From: a virus
Taxonomy: Duplodnaviria > Caudoviricetes
DNA: 26,598 nucleotides
Strand: one strand, 5' to 3'
Virus record (IMG/VR): IMGVR_UViG_3300021961_000534
Coordinates: 1 to 26,598 of that record
Made by a program: the position numbers and the translations under genes. Under the pieces are notes generated by a model. It made no database searches, was not told where the DNA came from, and worked only from the letters and a program-made list of their open reading frames with translations. This document shows, piece after piece, positions 24,265-26,598 of the stretch. Positions within the stretch are counted from its first letter, which is position 1; each line of letters begins with the position of its first letter.

Positions 24265-25871
24265 TATCCTGTCATCTTTCGGTTGTTGTACTTAATTGCA
24301 ATAGAGTCAAAACCCCAGTCAAGCGATAGTGGTCCAGTAAACAACAAACTTACCGAACGGCAAAAACCAAGATTTGAACCATTAATAATTTGAACACCTT
24401 CTGATTGCTTACCCCACAAACCCGTTCCCCAAAGGTCTGTACCCCAAATCATTCCTTCGCCCGCTGCACCAAGGGTTGCATCAAATTGTTTGCGCTCAGA
24501 ACCAGATGATTCTTCGTAATCGTGAAACACTTTCACGTTTACAATTCTTTGAGTATCAACTTGCTTAAAAGCAATATCGGGGCGACGAAACATTTTCTTT
24601 TGAGCATAAGTTCTGCCGTCAATCCAACCTGTTCTGTAATAGGAAGTAAATCCAGCAGCTGTTCCTGCGATGTTGTCTTGTTCCTCGTCGTACAAATCAA
24701 CCTTTAACACATACGGTTGTGTTGGGTGAATCATCAATCGTAAATTGTCATTGTTTGAATCGGTCCAGTTAATACCGCCAATAACGCCTTTGCTATCTGC
24801 TGTAGCAAACTGCATGTATGCACCACCACGACCAAGTGATGGGTCAAAAACAAAATTAACAGTTGGGGCTGTTGCCGACGATGTATCATCGTACGGCAAA
24901 GCCAACCAAACACGACGACCAACATAGGAAACGCTGTAGGGCTCCGTGCTCAATGCACTAAGTTCTTTGTCGTCCACAATTGGGCGCAGAGCATCAAAAA
25001 CATCTTCAACCACAGAACCGTTGTAATAAAACAAACCTTCTGGGGTTGAATAAAAGAACACACCTTGTTCCGCTGCGGCAATGCTGTTGCGGCTAGAACA
25101 ACCAAGAGTGTTTGTTAATTCCACAACATTAAAGTTGTCTGATTCTGTACCAACCAACAAATAGATTGCGTTTGTCTTGAAAATAACCAATTGACCCTGC
25201 ACGACAGCCAAACCATTTACTCCGCTACCGCCACCTTTGACGTCAATGTAGTCGTCTTCCATCCAATCCTCGGGCAAACCTTCGTGCGACCAACGCACTC
25301 GGTCAGGATAATTTACGCCATCTTCCCTTGTATTGGCTACAAACATTTTGTTGGCATGCACAATGTTGTGCTCCGCTTTTGGCATGTATCCACCCACGGG
25401 ACTTACATAAGCTTGCCATGTAGGACCAGATGCGGTTAAGGCTGTTGCGTATGTGTCTGTTGTGTTCCATTTGTATCCAGCCGTCGCTGTTGGTCCTGTG
25501 CTGATGTATAGTGTTGAACCCCAATTCGCAAACGACGCGCCATGCGCGTTCGTTGTAGCAATGTCATTACCCGATGAATAGGCAAGAGTAGAAAAGTTTC
25601 CACCAGTAGAACGATAAACCTTTGTGCTATTTGCCAACATGATTGTTGGCGTAGCGCCGTAGAAAGCATGAAGTTTGTCAGGTGCCCAAGTACCTGCAAC
25701 AGCAGTTGTATTTAAGCGTTGCATTGCACCACGACTAAACACACCACCACGAGGGTCAATTTCAACATTAAGCATGTCTGGCGATTCGTTCTTAGCAAGC
25801 AAAAACTGGTCGGCTCGAAGATTCAAGCCGCCAGTAAAGTCGTCATAGCGCTCAAGAAGAATCTGCGCCAT
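24264..25871 (-). CDS. Tail nozzle/stabilisation protein (T7 gp12/P22 gp10-like beta-propeller), 535 aa
   Basis: DFTGGLN...NESPDMLNV, RVRWS...P..W, LVIFK..IY, and GC....SI; lies downstream of the adaptor. Start MAQILL is coupled by TAATG. Confidence 0.82.
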   Translation of the reverse strand: MAQILLERYDDFTGGLNLRADQFLLAKNESPDMLNVEIDPRGGVFSRGAMQRLNTTAVAGTWAPDKLHAFYGATPTIMLANSTKVYRSTGGNFSTLAYSSGNDIATTNAHGASFANWGSTLYISTGPTATAGYKWNTTDTYATALTASGPTWQAYVSPVGGYMPKAEHNIVHANKMFVANTREDGVNYPDRVRWSHEGLPEDWMEDDYIDVKGGGSGVNGLAVVQGQLVIFKTNAIYLLVGTESDNFNVVELTNTLGCSSRNSIAAAEQGVFFYSTPEGLFYYNGSVVEDVFDALRPIVDDKELSALSTEPYSVSYVGRRVWLALPYDDTSSATAPTVNFVFDPSLGRGGAYMQFATADSKGVIGGINWTDSNNDNLRLMIHPTQPYVLKVDLYDEEQDNIAGTAAGFTSYYRTGWIDGRTYAQKKMFRRPDIAFKQVDTQRIVNVKVFHDYEESSGSERKQFDATLGAAGEGMIWGTDLWGTGLWGKQSEGVQIINGSNLGFCRSVSLLFTGPLSLDWGFDSIAIKYNNRKMTG

Positions 25872-26566
25872 TATGTACCTAACGTTGCGCCAAGAGTCTG
25901 CAACCAACGACGCATGGTTGGATACTGCCTACCACCCGACATCAACAAAGGTCTTGCGCTAGGAGTCTTCATCAAGTCGCGGCGAGCCATGGCTACGCCT
26001 TCCTCAAACGACCTGAGATACATTGCTGAAAGCTCTGGGTCTTCTTGGCGTTGGTAGACGCGAGCCAACACAAAGTAGGCAAGCAGAATATGAAACCACT
26101 CGTCAAGGTCAATTGCCTCAGATGTGTTTGTCAACCAAGTGTAAACAGGGTTGCGATAAGCGCGAAGCGTTATCGCATAGACGGCATCAGGCTTTGGATA
26201 CAGGTGCAGCTGTGCGTCCCATATTGCATAAAAGTATGGGCGAGAAGGAACGTCGGTATTACCCAACCAAATGTCTTCTGCGTTGTCGTAGGGAATCATC
26301 GTTAGACGACTACCTGCGCTAGATGTGTCTACAAGAGATATGACTTCTCGAATATCGCCAATTGTAGATATTGTGTATGGGCGCTGACTTGCAACCGTAT
26401 TGAATGTGTACGTTTCTTGGTATTTTGGCCATCGGCGCTCAAGAGCGATAATGCGCTGAAATGCTTCCTTCACAGCATTGTCAATAATGGTGTTTGGCAA
26501 ATCTACCGAATCAAGGTCGGAGATGTTTCGCACCATAGTGCGAACATCGGCAAGGCTCATTGTCAT
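25871..26566 (-). CDS. Head-tail adaptor/gatekeeper (T7 gp11/P22 gp4-like), 231 aa
   Basis: L..VR...D....L....ID, P.FY..W...L.LYP.PD..Y, and FH..L.YF.LA..Y; position upstream of the nozzle. Confidence 0.8.
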   Translation of the reverse strand: MTMSLADVRTMVRNISDLDSVDLPNTIIDNAVKEAFQRIIALERRWPKYQETYTFNTVASQRPYTISTIGDIREVISLVDTSSAGSRLTMIPYDNAEDIWLGNTDVPSRPYFYAIWDAQLHLYPKPDAVYAITLRAYRNPVYTWLTNTSEAIDLDEWFHILLAYFVLARVYQRQEDPELSAMYLRSFEEGVAMARRDLMKTPSARPLLMSGGRQYPTMRRWLQTLGATLGT

Positions 26567-26598
26567 TGTGATTCACCCCTGCTTCGTAGATGCCCCAT
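26563..26598 (-). CDS. 3' end of an upstream gene, truncated by the window edge
   Basis: ...MGHLRSRGESQ* with an ATGA overlap onto the adaptor start. Confidence 0.5.
   Translation of the reverse strand: MGHLRSRGESQ

Noticed and set aside
14556-26322. Numerous short + strand and alternate-frame ORFs over the structural operon, and - strand ORFs over the early and replication genes
   Set aside because: They are shadow ORFs fully overlapping well-supported, translationally coupled genes, with no RBS or recognisable motifs.

Overview
About 26.6 kb of a tailed dsDNA phage genome with podovirus-type tail and ejection genes. A whiB gene points to an actinobacterial host; a freshwater actinophage is my inference from the gene set and the moderate-to-low GC. 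From left to right the window holds: two small + strand genes; a highly structured non-coding region (329-765) where nucleotide skew flips, a candidate origin or genome end; an early region of single ORFs separated by long hairpins, several capped by GCTTCGC (GCGAAGC on the bottom strand); an amidoligase plus class II glutamine amidotransferase pair; small hypothetical genes; whiB; and a membrane-anchored SLT-like transglycosylase. Next is a replication/recombination module (Cas4/AddB-like nuclease, candidate SSB, DnaB-like helicase, AEP primase, RusA, PD-(D/E)xK protein, sigma-region-4/NMAD1 fusion) with no DNA polymerase in the window. A convergent - strand structural operon follows: head-tail adaptor, nozzle, mini tail fibre, three or four ejection proteins including a 2293-aa protein, and an M15-like peptidase. 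The most unusual signal is the family of strand-asymmetric hairpins in the first 2.9 kb. All family assignments come from recognising motifs by eye; no searches were run.
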